From contig NGBS01000046.1 of assembly GCA_002245135.1 (NCBI GenBank), positions 1 through 52,538 on the forward strand: a stretch of DNA of 52,538 bases. Reading direction: 5' to 3'. The stretch comes from Proteromonas lacertae. Its lineage: Eukaryota. Under the pieces are notes generated by a model. That model did no database searches. It was given only the letters and a program-made list of their open reading frames with translations, and had not been told where the DNA came from. The translations under genes were made by a program, and so were the position numbers. Positions 13,099 to 25,857 of the stretch are shown here, one piece after another (position 1 is the stretch's first letter; every line of letters starts with the position of its first letter).

Positions 13099-15573
13099 TC
13101 ATCCAATATTAATAAATTGTTTTGAAAATTCTTTCTTTTCTTCTTCACTTATTCCATCTAATTTTATTTTTTCTATAGATGTAAATGTTTCTAATAATGA
13201 TTTTATTTCTGATTTTTCTATATTTTCTTTTACTGTTATTGATAATTCATCTAAACAATCAAATACCTCTTTGTTTTCTTTCATCATTCTCAATTCACTT
13301 TCATTCAATTCATTTCCTGATAAATTTATGTTTTTTAATGGATAATATTGTTTTAATATTTCTATTAACAATTTTAATCCTTTTTCACTCATTCCAATAT
13401 CTATAAAAGTAATAAAAAAAGTTATATTCAAAAAATACTTGATAAATTTAATGATAAATTTATATCTATGAATTTATATAAATACATACAAACAATCTCT
13501 ACTCCTTCATCTCCAATTTCATTTCCAATTAATTCAAGATGTTTAAGATTTGGAAATGATGATAAATTGTTTATCAGTAATTCTATACTTTTATATGTTA
13601 GTTTATTATCTAAATAATAGATGAATATCAAATTATACTTTTCAAATCTAGCTTGTTTATATCTTCAAATTCATTTGTTCTTAATGAAATGAATGTTTTG
13701 AAAAAATCATCATCAATTTCACAACCACTCAAATTTAATTTATAACTATCTATATATTTGATTAACTCTGGAATACATTTATCTATCAATATTTCTTTGC
13801 TATTTCTATTAAAATCAAATTTTATACCTGAAATTGGAAATTTGGAGAATAAGGCTTTTAATCCTCTTGAATGAATATTATCATTGTATTCAACGAATAT
13901 TTTCTCAATATTTGGATATTTATATAATTCTTCTGATAATAATATAATTGATTCATCATCTAAACTCAATTTTCGAAGATCCAATTCATTCCAGTAGTTG
14001 ATTAACAAATGTAAATATGGAAGTAACAGTTTCAATCCTTTTGAACCAATTGGATTATCTATTTCAATATAATAATATTAAATTGAATAAATAATACATG
14101 ATAGAGCTACATGTTTTAATTTCATGAAAGGAATTGATTTAACAAACAATTCAATGAAATGAGAAGTAAAATTATCATTAGACAATTTTAATTCTTGTAC
14201 ATTAGATAATTGAGAAAAGAGAGATCCGAATAATGATTGATATTGAATAGGAAGATTAAACAGATAATCATCTATATGATAATGATAATAATAAATACCC
14301 CTTAGTAGTGACTTTGGATTAATTAGATTCACTATTCTGAAGAAATAAATAATTCCTTCTTCACATAAACAAACACTTCTTCTTCCAAATTCGATATAAT
14401 TATATATTATGTGTATATTACATATTTTCTCATCTAAATAACATTCATCATCTTCTTCTTCACATTTGTGGTGAATATGAAATTTTAGTTTATCATAAAT
14501 TGAATTTCCTTTATAACTCACACTCTCATCATCACTGTCTTCATATAATCTCATCATTAATAATACTGACAATATTCTTTCATTTACTTTATTATTATAC
14601 GATTCTATCAAATCATCTAGAATATTTTCTCTTTTATCACAATCAAGATAATACTTTGCTTGAATATCAACAAATGGTGATATTTTTATTAAATAATCAT
14701 TATTGAGCAATATTTCTTTTCTTTCTTTATATATCTTTAAATTATCTTCTTCATCTTTCAACATTTTATTCATTTTTATCATTTCTTTTTTCAACTCTTT
14801 CAAACTCATTCTATCTTCATTCTTCGCTTTCAACATTTTCTCTATCATTTCCTTCATCTCATCATCACATTCTACATCTAAACTGTATTTACATCTCATG
14901 ATATTCTCTTTTGTTTTCATCATATTATTATCTTCATTAAATGGTAATTTCTTAAACATCATCTCAAATAATATACATCCAATTGACCAAATCACACTTT
15001 TATCATCACATTCTAATCCACTTAATTCTTCAGTACTTCTAAAACATATATCATACACTCTCATTTCTTCTCTCCTCAATAAATCCAAGAATAAATCACA
15101 TATCTTTATATTTCCATCTCTTTCATATATTATGTTACTACTCTTCAAATTACTTATCACTAAACTGTAATCACTCAAAATTATCAAAATATCACATATT
15201 TCATAAATTATATTGCAAATATCATCGCTTAAAATGGAATTACTTTGGATTTGCTCTTCTAAATCTTTGTCATAGTACTTTCTTTAAATTATCATATATT
15301 CACCATCTTTACCAATTTGATAAACTTTAGAAGGAATAATAAAGTATAAACAACTTTCTGACAATAATAAGTGGATCTCAAAGAATTTCAATATCTTCTT
15401 TTCTTTTATTCCACATACATTAAGTATTTTCACTTCTTTGATATTATGTTCATGTTCTACAACAAGATCAACTTCAAAAACACTCTTTTCTGCTTTCTTT
15501 TTTAACTACAAAAATAAAGCATCTAAAATACTTCTGCATCACATGGTAATATTGAGCAAATAACATCATCCAT
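13099..15573 (-). pseudogene. Pseudokinase + RNI-like LRR gene, copy 1, with in-frame premature TAA
   Basis: Kinase-like SNLKSSNII / KICDLF / SVIWSIGCILFEM..KLPF, then LRR exons (NPIGSKGL, NEIGDEG). TAA at 15284-15286 aligns with Ser (TCA) in copy 2. Confidence 0.7.
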
Positions 15574-15661
15574 AAAAGATATTTTGAAATATTAAAATAT
15601 ATTCGTTTCTATACTTTAAGGCTTGAATCAAGTTTGAGATTATTGATTTTTCTTTTTTTGA

Positions 15662-16281
15662 ATGAGAGTGAAAAAAGGATCAAAAAAGAGTTCCAAGAAG
15701 AAAGAAAATGCAAAAGAGATAGAAGATGATGAAAACATGAACGAAAGTGAAGAAGCTGAAGAAACAAGTCAAATTACAAAAGATACAGGCACATCTAGTA
15801 AAGAGAGTGAAAATATTAATGCAGAAATAGAGAATGAAGACGTGAAAGTTGGGACAAAAGAAGAAGATGAGACAGAAGCTAAAATAATACAACCTAGTCT
15901 AAAGACTGGAGAAAGTAGAGAGAAAGAAGAATTACCGACTCATGATGATAAAAGTGAAGAAAAAATACTCGAAGATAAAGAAAATGACCATATTTCAAAG
16001 AATGAAGATAATAAAGAAGAAGAAACAGAAACAAACACTTTAACAGAATCGGACAAAAAAAACGAAGAAAATAAAGAAATAGATTCAACACAATCATCCA
16101 CATCAACAACAACAACAACAACAACAAATGCACCAGTAACTCCACTACAACCTCCTCAACCACCAGTATTTCCAATGATGTATGGATATCCTGGTTATCC
16201 TTATCAACAATACTATCAACAATATTATCAACAACAACAACAACAACAACAAGGAAATACTTCAACTGATAATTCAAATAC

Positions 16282-16312
<31 letters not shown>

Positions 16313-17364
16313 CCAACATCATCATATCCAGTACAACCTTCTTATCCAATGTCCTATTCGTCATTACCATCTCAACAACAACAACAACAACAACCTCCAG
16401 TAGCTGCTTCTTATACTAACACCAGTATGTATGGTGGTTATATATATCCAACATCAGTTTACCCTCAATCAATGTATCCTCAACAACAACAACAACAACA
16501 ACAACAAATGACTCCACCAGATATAGCTGCAATAGAATCAATGAAGAATCCATTATATAAAACTCAATTATGTCGACATTATATGACAAAAGGAATATGC
16601 CGAATTGGTCCAACTTGTCAATATGCTCATGGTGAACAAGAGCTAAGATATGCAACAAAATCATCGATGAATTCAGTTCAATTGCCTACAATGATTGATC
16701 CATCAAATCCAGAGAAATATGCTAAAAGTAATGAAACTCTCCAGACTTTACGTATTATATATATAATATATATATTTATTAATAATTGTTATTATTATTT
16801 ATATAGAAATGTATGGTTTAAATGCTTCAAATACATTAGATCCATCAGTTTATACAGGAACAAAAATACCTCCACATGCTTATTCATCTTTAGGTATTAT
16901 AATAATAATGAAACTTATATTTACTTGAAACTGCTTTCTTAGTTTTAGTTTTTTTCTACATAAAAGGTAAGTTTTAGCTTATTTTTATATTTTATATTAT
17001 TTATATAATTATATATATATATATATAGTGGATTTTTATTATAATATATGTTATTATTATTATTATATAATATATATAATATGTATATATATGATGTATT
17101 TTATATATTTAATATTTAATATAAGGTAAGTTGAAATTTATCTTTTTTTTCATCTTATTTATTTTTTGATATATGCTATTTAAAATTCTCAAATTCTATT
17201 ATTTTGTAGGTGCAAATCCAGGTGCTGCTCAGACGGGAGTTGATGTTTATAGAAATTCTTTATACAAAACTCAATTATGTCGACATTTTATGTCTAAAGG
17301 AATGTGTGCTCAAGGTGCTGCATGTCAATATGCTCATGGAGAGAAAGAGTTAAGAACAAGATAA
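15662..17364 (+). CDS. TIS11/ZFP36-like CCCH zinc-finger RNA-binding protein with acidic N-terminus and Q/P/Y-rich region
   Basis: Two LYKTQLCRH-x5-C-x5-C-x3-HG fingers (C-x8-C-x5-C-x3-H); poly-CAA tracts; introns ~16752-16806 and 16894-17209 keep the frame. Confidence 0.88.
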
Positions 17365-17437
17365 TTAAATACGTTTAATTATAGATTTTTTTATACATTT
17401 ATGTTTATTTTATTTAAATTATAAATTATCAACAGCT

Positions 17438-17955
17438 TTATTTTTTCTTTTTAAACATATGTATATTTCCTTCAATCTCGTATGTGAATTTTGTTCTAAT
17501 TGTTAAATTAACAAAAAAAATACGATGTATTGCGGTTTGCAGATTTATATACACATAAAACGGCATTTTTGAAATAATTTTTCATCTCAAGATTTTCACA
17601 TATACTCACTAGTTCTTCAGCTTTCCTATTCACTAAAATCTTTTCTTTATAAAATATAGGACCAGATACATGTAATGTCTAGATATAAATGTAATTCTAC
17701 TTAATATACATTTCTGAATAAAAGACGGAAGAGGACTATTTACTTCAATTAACCTTGTTACCCTTAGATTCCCATTGTGATCAATTCTACTATTTAATGT
17801 ATAAATATTTGCGACATTAAAATATAATAAAATAGGGTATTCAAGAAAGAATATTCTTGTTGCTTCTTCCCATCCATATCTACAGATAATATTCCATCTA
17901 TAACATACGGAAAGTTATCTTTATGATTTATCGACCATGCCGGCTTATATCCCAT
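17438..17955 (-). CDS. Divergent PRELI/MSF1 paralog (1-nt frame defect near 17712; possible pseudogene)
   Basis: Spliced MGYKPAWSINHKDNFPYGWEEATRIFFLEYP..SRIDHNGNLRVTRLIEVNSPLPSFIQ..FYKEKILVN..VSICENL aligns with the neighbouring PRELI gene. Confidence 0.65.
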
Positions 17956-18102
17956 TCTTTTGATCAAACACAGATTTGGCTTGAGTATTTTAAAAATCAA
18001 TTTTTACATTAATTGTGAAGAATGATAGAAATTCTTATTATTTTAAAACAAACAATGAATAAAACATACTAATCTAATGAGTTTACAATATTTCTAATAT
18101 CC

Positions 18103-18685
18103 TTAAAAGGTTGTTGTTTTTTGTAAATTATCATTTAAAGAAGAACAGATACTTTCCATTACATCTCTTCCTTTTTTAGCATTAGCTAATATATTACTTA
18201 CTGAATAAGACTCAATTCTTTCTTTAAATGGAACAAAAAAGTCGAACTTCATTCTTTGTTTAAATAGGGTATGGTCATTTCCAGTTTTTGTATATTCACA
18301 TTCTTCAATACTGTTTGTATAGCTTTTATAGGATATATTTTCACTTTTAGAAACGTAAGTATGATTTTGTGGATCAACAACTATATCCTCAACAAAACTA
18401 GCTTCACCATTAAATCCAGTCAACTAATATACAATAATGCTAAAATTATAGTCATACACTTCTGATCCATTTTGGAATTGAACTATTTGTTGTTAATATC
18501 CTCTTCACTCTTAACTTACCATTATTATCTATGTAACTATCAATTGTGTGAACACTTTCAACATGTGATAGTTTTGGATTTGGGTATTTAAGCCACAAGG
18601 CTGTAGTGACTACATCCCAATCATGTCTAAAAATAGTAGATAATCTTTTATACAAGTATGTGTATTTGTTAGACAGAAGAGGCAT
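18103..18685 (-). CDS. PRELI/MSF1 (Ups/SLMO-type) mitochondrial lipid-transfer protein
   Basis: FRHDWDVVTTALWLKYPNPKLSHVESVHTID..GKLRVKRIL..IPKWI..EDIVVDP..SENIS..EECEY..NAKKGRDVME. Confidence 0.9.
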
Positions 18686-18827
18686 TTAAAAGAATTTAGA
18701 ACTTTAAACACCAAATGATTGGTTGAGTCCAAACAAATAAAAAAGCAATTTATAAATACGATAATAATAGTAATAACAAAAAATAACACTTCCAGTAAAG
18801 AATATTACCAAATCAACAATATTAACT

Positions 18828-20105
18828 TTATTTTTCTTTTTTATCATTGATAATTTGCTGTGTTTGGTTATTATCATTATCATTATGTAATGAAACAGGC
18901 GGTTGACTGTTATTCTCATTATTGTTTATTAATTGAGGTTGTTGTTGTTGTTGTTGTTGTTCAATTTCATTATTTTCATTTATTTGTTGTTGTGGTTGTT
19001 GCTGTTGATTATTATTATTATTATTTTGTTGTAATGGTTGTTCATTATTCCCATTTCCATTATCAGGTAGTGGAATTGGTTCAGGATTCCATCCAGGATA
19101 TAATGATAAAAAGAATGATAAAAATGGAATTATATAATCATAATAATTGCTATCATCTTGACGTATTGTACCTCTATCAGAGTTAATAACGAATTTCATT
19201 GGATCTATCATACCTGTCTTTATTAAATATAAAAATAAACATAATATAGTAATAACTATTTTTCCTTTTCTTTCATATCCTTGGCCAAATATACATCCAA
19301 AAATGATTAATTGAATTATCATTTTAAAGTCAAATACTAGTTTGATTCGGTGGATTCGAGCTTGTTGCTCTTGCTGTTGTTGTTGCATTTGTCTATCTTG
19401 TTCTTGTTGTAATATATGAATTTCATCCACTGGACTATTTCTTTGCTGTTGGTTGTGTAAGGTTTGATTACTGTTTGAAAGTGAAGATATGTAATTTTGA
19501 TACTGTGTAAGATATTGTTGATAATAGGTAATTGCTTGATTCATATAATCTATTTGTTCTGGAGTTAATGGTGATGGAGATGCTGCATAGGGTGTAGTTG
19601 GAGTAGAAGAATAGCTATTCATTGTTAATGTTGTTGGTGATTGAGATTCTTGTGATTGTTGTTGTTGTTGTTGAACTGTGGGTGTAGTAGCAGGGGGAGG
19701 ATCTAGAGGAGATTGTACTGATGATGGAGGGTTTGGTACTGTTGATGAGATACTTTGTGTAGGACTTAAAGTCTCATTTGGTTTTGGTGATGGTATTGGT
19801 GGAGTTTGTTGTTGTTGTTGAGGAACAGTTGGTTTTACTGATGGTGGTTGTGGAATGATTATATGCATAAATATTTCTTTATCTATAAAATCTGAAGGAA
19901 GAATATCTTTTACTGTAGATTCATCTTTACACAATCTACCTCTATATATTAACTTCTGTGTGTTAGGTAATGGATTACTTGGCAATCTATCACAAATTGT
20001 TTGTTTCACTTCTGATATAAATGTGGATTTTGGAACAGTTAAATTAAGCACATCTTCGTTGTTAGGATTCCTTATTTTCAGTGTTATTTCGTCTGATTCT
20101 TCCAT
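18828..20105 (-). CDS. HERP-like ubiquitin-like-domain membrane protein (ERAD-type)
   Basis: N-terminal Ubl (ITLKIR..ISEVKQTI..PLPNTQKLIYRGRL), P/Q-rich linker, hydrophobic segments and FLSFFLSLYP; intronless. Confidence 0.75.
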   Translation of the reverse strand: MEESDEITLKIRNPNNEDVLNLTVPKSTFISEVKQTICDRLPSNPLPNTQKLIYRGRLCKDESTVKDILPSDFIDKEIFMHIIIPQPPSVKPTVPQQQQQTPPIPSPKPNETLSPTQSISSTVPNPPSSVQSPLDPPPATTPTVQQQQQQSQESQSPTTLTMNSYSSTPTTPYAASPSPLTPEQIDYMNQAITYYQQYLTQYQNYISSLSNSNQTLHNQQQRNSPVDEIHILQQEQDRQMQQQQQEQQARIHRIKLVFDFKMIIQLIIFGCIFGQGYERKGKIVITILCLFLYLIKTGMIDPMKFVINSDRGTIRQDDSNYYDYIIPFLSFFLSLYPGWNPEPIPLPDNGNGNNEQPLQQNNNNNNQQQQPQQQINENNEIEQQQQQQQPQLINNNENNSQPPVSLHNDNDNNQTQQIINDKKEK

Positions 20106-20272
20106 ATATAATTTAGAAAAAAATACTCTTCAAGCTCTACTCAAACAAAAACGTATTTAAGTTAAATATGACATCGTACATGTACGTCAGAAGTTAAAGA
20201 TAGTTTCTGTTTCATGCTCTTATTAAACGGATACTAGGAATTTAATTTGTATATTCATTTTTTAATAATCCT

Positions 20273-22060
20273 ATGAATAAATATAATATTAACGACAGAC
20301 CTGTTTCGCCTTCTAAGTATAACTTTTTTTAATCTTTTTCTAGGGATGAATTTGTATGTTCTCCATCATCAAGTTCTGATGAAGATTCTGCCACACTGAC
20401 TCCCAGCGGTAAGCACCGGATAGTCGACAGATCTGCAAATAAAATGCATCCTCCAATCTTAACATCCTCATCATCTCGAAAGACTAATTCAGAATCTAAA
20501 ATACAAAAAGAATTTACAGATATATTCAATGAAGAAAAGGAAAAAACCATTGATTGTCAAGTTCCTCCATTTTTAGATAAATTCGACAATGAGCAGCATG
20601 ATGTATATACTAGTCTGCATCCATTTGTCTTGAATAAGAAAAACAAAATAAATGCAACTCAATCTTTATCTTCGGATTCTTTGAATGTTTCACGAAATCA
20701 TCAACCATTAGAACAACCAAAATTCCTTCCAAATAATAATGAAGGTGAACAAAAGGATAGTAATATGATATCTCGTCATAATTCAATTGATCTATCCAGA
20801 CTACATTATAACAATTTAATCAATTTATCACCTGAAAAACGTGCTGAAATTGCACCATTCAATTATTCAGGCAGTATAGAGCATTTCTCACTAGATACAT
20901 ACAGAAAGGAAGAAAAACTGGAAGAAATAGCTCCTTTTCATTATTCATCTAAAAAGAATGAAAGAAGTGATTCATCTTCTGGTTCTTCACCTAATTTACC
21001 TCCTTTTATACCTAAAAAATCAAACTCTATTCAAGCCTGCAATATCAGCGATGAAGATCGTAAAGTAATTGCTCCATTTAATGATCCAAGCTATGTCAAG
21101 CCTAGAACAACATCTATAGATTGTGATAAAAAGACGTTAAAACAAATAGCACCATTTAATGATCCAGAATTACTTCAAAAATCAAAATCTACAGTTCCAT
21201 TAATATATACGAACAAAGATAGAAATATAATAGCTCCATTTAATGATCCTAATTTTGTACTGAAAAAGAACACTTCTAGAACGATGTTAGCTAGTGTAGA
21301 TAAAGAAAAAATCAAAGAAATTGCACCCTTCAACGATCCAAATGTAAAAAAGGAAAAATTCAAATTAGAATGTAATGAAGAAGATAGAAAAAAAATAGCT
21401 CCATTCATTGATTCAGTCAGTCCATTAAATAATAATATATTGAGGAAAATACCAAGTAAAAAGATACTAGCTGAAATTATAGCATCTCCTATAATCGTAT
21501 CTCAAAAATATCCATCACAAAATCAAGTTAATGTTTCACCAGAAATGCTTGAAGTTATTGCACCATTTTCATCTCCAAAAAATAATACTTTACCTCCACC
21601 GTTTGAATTAGAGAAGTACAATGATGAAGAGAAATTAGATGAAATTGCTCCATTTAGAACGAACATGCCACCAATGAAGATTAATACATCCCAAGACGTT
21701 TTGGGGAATAATAATTTGAATGAAAATAGTTTTCATTCACCCATTTCAGATTATAACACATCTGGTAGGAAAAGTAATTTACCTCCTTTGACTCCAGTTA
21801 ATGATAACACAAATAATAATGAAAGTAAAGATGATATTAGTTTTGAATATAATATGAATAAATTAAATAATAATTTGATTGGTCCTCAAAGATTTACCAG
21901 TAGATCTCCAGGCCATGTGACTAGTAGTGAGATAACTATTGATGCTGCTTCTAATAGTTCAGTTAGTCCTAATCAATTCTCTTCAATTTTAAGTACAGAT
22001 TCTACATTAAAATTTTCTTATAAGAAACCTAATAAACTTCCTCCATTAGAACCTTTGTGA
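20273..22060 (+). CDS. Low-complexity protein with repeated IAPF(ND) motifs
   Basis: 538-aa ORF extended 5' across one intron to ATG 20273; nine IAPF motifs. Confidence 0.8.
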
Positions 22061-22179
22061 TAATTTATTATATTCTATAATTGGTGTATGATTGATTGTT
22101 TTGTGTTTTATCAAAAAAAAAATGAAATTGGGTGTATGAAAATTTATTGTCGTTTTATATTTTGTTTTTATCAAATAAA

Positions 22180-25100
22180 ATGGACATCGATAGAAAAATG
22201 ATCTTTTCTTTATTGAAATGTAATATACCATCTGTTGAGTGTATCAATTTTTCACATATGCAAATACGTATTGTTATTTTTGGTAATTTGTAGGTCGTTT
22301 GACGCAGATTGAATGTTGTGAAAATTTAAGAGAATTGGACATATCATACAATCTTCTTACAGAATTTAAAATCAGTTTTAGCAAAATCAAGCACTTATGG
22401 CAACTCTCTCTTAAGAAGAATCTGTTAAAAAGAATAGAATTAGAAGATCTAACAATATTGGGATTATTAGACTTATCTTGGAATAGTTTAACTTATGAAT
22501 CAGTATTTCTTTAAATTTCTACAATTTTATAGTTAATGCAACTATATCCTGTATATTTAATAGAATTATTTATTAATAACAATGATTCAATCTACGAATC
22601 TGTAGATGAAATCGTTGTTAGAAGAAGAATTATCTACTTATTACCACGATTATTGATTCTAAATGGTGATTATATAAGTAAAGAAGAAAGAGAAGAAGTA
22701 GATGAATACTTTAACGATCTACCAGAAGATGATCCTGATTATTTCATTGTTGAAATGAAAAACAAATTAATGGAATCTGAAAAAAATAAAACTGCAATTG
22801 ATAGTAAAGATGATGTATTAAATCAGCCAGATTATGTGACTGAGTATTATAAAGTGTTGTACAGTTATCACTATAAAGATGATATTGATCTTAGTAATGT
22901 AAATTATCTTATTTCTTATTTTACGAAAAGTATGAAATTTTATAATGAATTGATAAAAACAATGACAAATCAATTGGATATTTATAGAACTGTCAATATA
23001 TTTCCATTAAAACCAAAACCTCCTGTTAATTTTGAATGTATTATATATATATATATATATATATATATTGAAATAGTATTGAATAGTATAACATTCCAAC
23101 AAAAAATAGATTTTATTGTTTTATTATATTGTTATAAAGAGTTTAACATTCCAAGTTCACTTGTATCAGAAGCTTTAACAGTAACTCTACTACAAACGAA
23201 TCTTGATTATTTCAGGAATGAATATGGGTTAATACCTGTAACACAAGATATTGTCCATTACCCAACTGCTTTAATATCAACAATCATATATAAATTACAT
23301 GAAAGCTGTTTACAGTATATAGAAGATTCAAAAACAGAATACAATTCACAAAAAGTTGTTACTGAATTAGATATAGCTTTATTGGATAATGTTCCAATAT
23401 TATACCCTTTCTCTCTTATATCAATCAATCTTAATTCTCCTCGTTTAATGAAATATAATCATGTATTAAGATATCAACATGCTTGTTGCATTGTTTCAAG
23501 AGCTCCATCTTGTCCATCACTTACTGATCCTGATAAAATCACAACAGCAAAACACAGATTTTATTATAGAAAATTGTATATATATATATATATAATATTC
23601 TTAATTTTATATTGATAGAACTCCGTTAATTTCTTCAGCTGGTATGACAATAGCTGATTTAAGAGTCGTAAAGAATTTTGACAAAATTGAATTATCACCA
23701 GAAAGATCTTACTGTAAGCCTTGGAGTGGCGATGATACAACCATTTATTCAAGAGCTCCACCACCAAAACCAACTGAAATGAATACTCCGTTTACTCGTC
23801 AAAATGATCCATTAAGTGGATATTATGCTAAAGGAAGAAGACATCCTCATGTTTATGAAAAATTGAAATTAGGATTAGAGTTTAAAGGTAAAATAGTGGA
23901 ACAATGGACCACAATTGGTAGACATATTCCTAAGACGGAATGTTATGTAATTTATAAATTTAAAGGTTGTGAATTACCTCCGTTTAATAATAATTTAATT
24001 ATAAATTTAGAAGATGTATTGTATAATCCAGCTGGTTATTGGATGTATAAGAATCTGCTTCATAGTGATCCAATTTATGAATCATATAAATTACACAGAA
24101 GAAGTCCAGATCTTATAAATAATGATAATTCAATGAATTTTGATATAGTTTGTGAAAGTCAATCAAAATTATCAAATCCTGATAATACTTGCCAAGTATA
24201 TTCTTTGAATAATTCCTATCAAACAAATTTTGTATTAAGTTCCAGACAAACAGTTGATCTTCATAATGCATGTAGTAAAGCAATTTGTATATATATTGTT
24301 TATTGTTTATTATTAATTATTTTAGCTCCAAAACCAGATGAATGGAGTGATATTTCTGTTAAATGTCCAATAATCAACGAAGATTGTAGAGTACCAGAAA
24401 ATGAAATAAATCGAAGTGTTTGTGGTAATTTATCAATGATAACTCCCATATTACAAAAGAGTTCAAAACAAGATAAAATGTTCAAAACACTTCATTTAGA
24501 TGATATTTCAACAACTTATTCTACACCAATCTCTCCAATCAAAAGAGAAGCATTTAAAAAACTAAAGAAATGTGAAGGAACGAATGTATTTATTATAAAA
24601 TTTATTATTATGTTATAGTGTTCAAGATGTAGAAGTAGAGCAGAATTTGATAAAACTTCTTCCTCATTTAATGATGTAGTTAAAACTCCACCATCTATCA
24701 AAGAAGTATAATTCATTTTCACTATATATTGATTTAATAGAGTTTAAGTCATTCCAAAACTGAATCTAGTTTAAACACTCCTATTAGCAATCACAGCTCA
24801 AGAATAGAATTACCAAAGTATGGAGATGAACCAACCTTTATTAAACCATCTCAAAGTAATCTAATGAGAAACAGTATAAGAATGATTTCAACAGCTCCAC
24901 AATGTTTATTACCTAAAAGAGAGAAGGTAAATAAATGTCCAATTCTTCCAGTTATAACAAGTCCTCCAGTTGATTTATCATATAATACAATAAAGAAAAT
25001 GAAAGAAAATAGAATCAGTGAAAAAGAAGCGATAAGTTTAGGGTTTTCGATGAATAAAAGAAGAAATAATACAACTTGGTATAAAGTGAATGGAAATAAT

Positions 25101-25307
25101 AGTTATAGAGTTGATCCAAATCAACCATTAGTTAACTTATTTAAATGGAAAGATGAAGCAACAAAGAGAGTTCCAACATTTGGTAGAGATTCAGGAGTAT
25201 GTTTTACCTCAACGAAGAAAGTAGAATATCATCATGGATTAGGAATAAACGAAGAGAATGGAAAATTCTTTGATGAAACTGACTTTTCACTTTCCAGAAT
25301 TGAATGA
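22180..25307 (+). CDS. Large multi-exon protein with N-terminal SDS22-like LRRs and LRR cap
   Basis: NLRELDISYNLL, LWQLSLKKNLL, LGLLDLSWNSL, cap RRRIIYLLPRLLILNG; consecutive plus-strand ORFs joined by GTAT-AG introns. Confidence 0.7.
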
Positions 25308-25359
25308 GAATTATATTAAATATTTATTTATTTTGTCAATGTTTTTTTTTAAGGTGTGA

Positions 25360-25680
25360 AGTAAAAGACTCTTTGGGTTGTATATATCATTCAAAAAATA
25401 ACCAATTTGACCAATGGTTATTAATCTTTCTAGAGAATTCTATATATCAAACAATTTGACAAATATTCATTCTTATTCTTTATCTATTCTATTAATCCAC
25501 TCAGTTCTATTAACTAAACAATCAACAATTTCTACAATCATTTCTTTCTTTTCTTTACACTCTTTCAATAAATTCTTTCACTAAACAGCCTTCAAAAACA
25601 TCATCTTCATCTATTAACTAAATTACTTTATCACATTCACAAATTCATTTACTAATCTCTTTCATTCACATTTTAAAATA
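25360..25680 (-). pseudogene. Possible decayed coding remnant
   Basis: Purine-rich coding-like minus strand with several stops; ends FLNDIYNPKSLL, resembling LINPKSLL of pseudokinase-LRR copy 1. Confidence 0.3.
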
Positions 25681-25857
25681 AAATGAAAATTAAATAGGCT
25701 TGATGATGATTTGATAATGTATTTTGAATTATTAATTCAAAATAACATAGAAATTATATAGAATCAGCTAAAAAAATGAAAATATGTATAGTTTGATAAA
25801 CATTCACATAATTATTAACATATAAAGAATAATAGAGTAGATCAATTAATAATTGAA

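Noticed and set aside
15894..16664. Poly-Val and poly-Asn alternative-frame ORFs
   Set aside because: Other frames or the opposite strand of the (CAA)n polyglutamine tracts in the CCCH gene.
18096..18104. ATATCCTT U12-type donor-like sequence (also ~31899 and ~51241)
   Set aside because: On the non-coding strand or inside an open exon; not at an inferred intron boundary.
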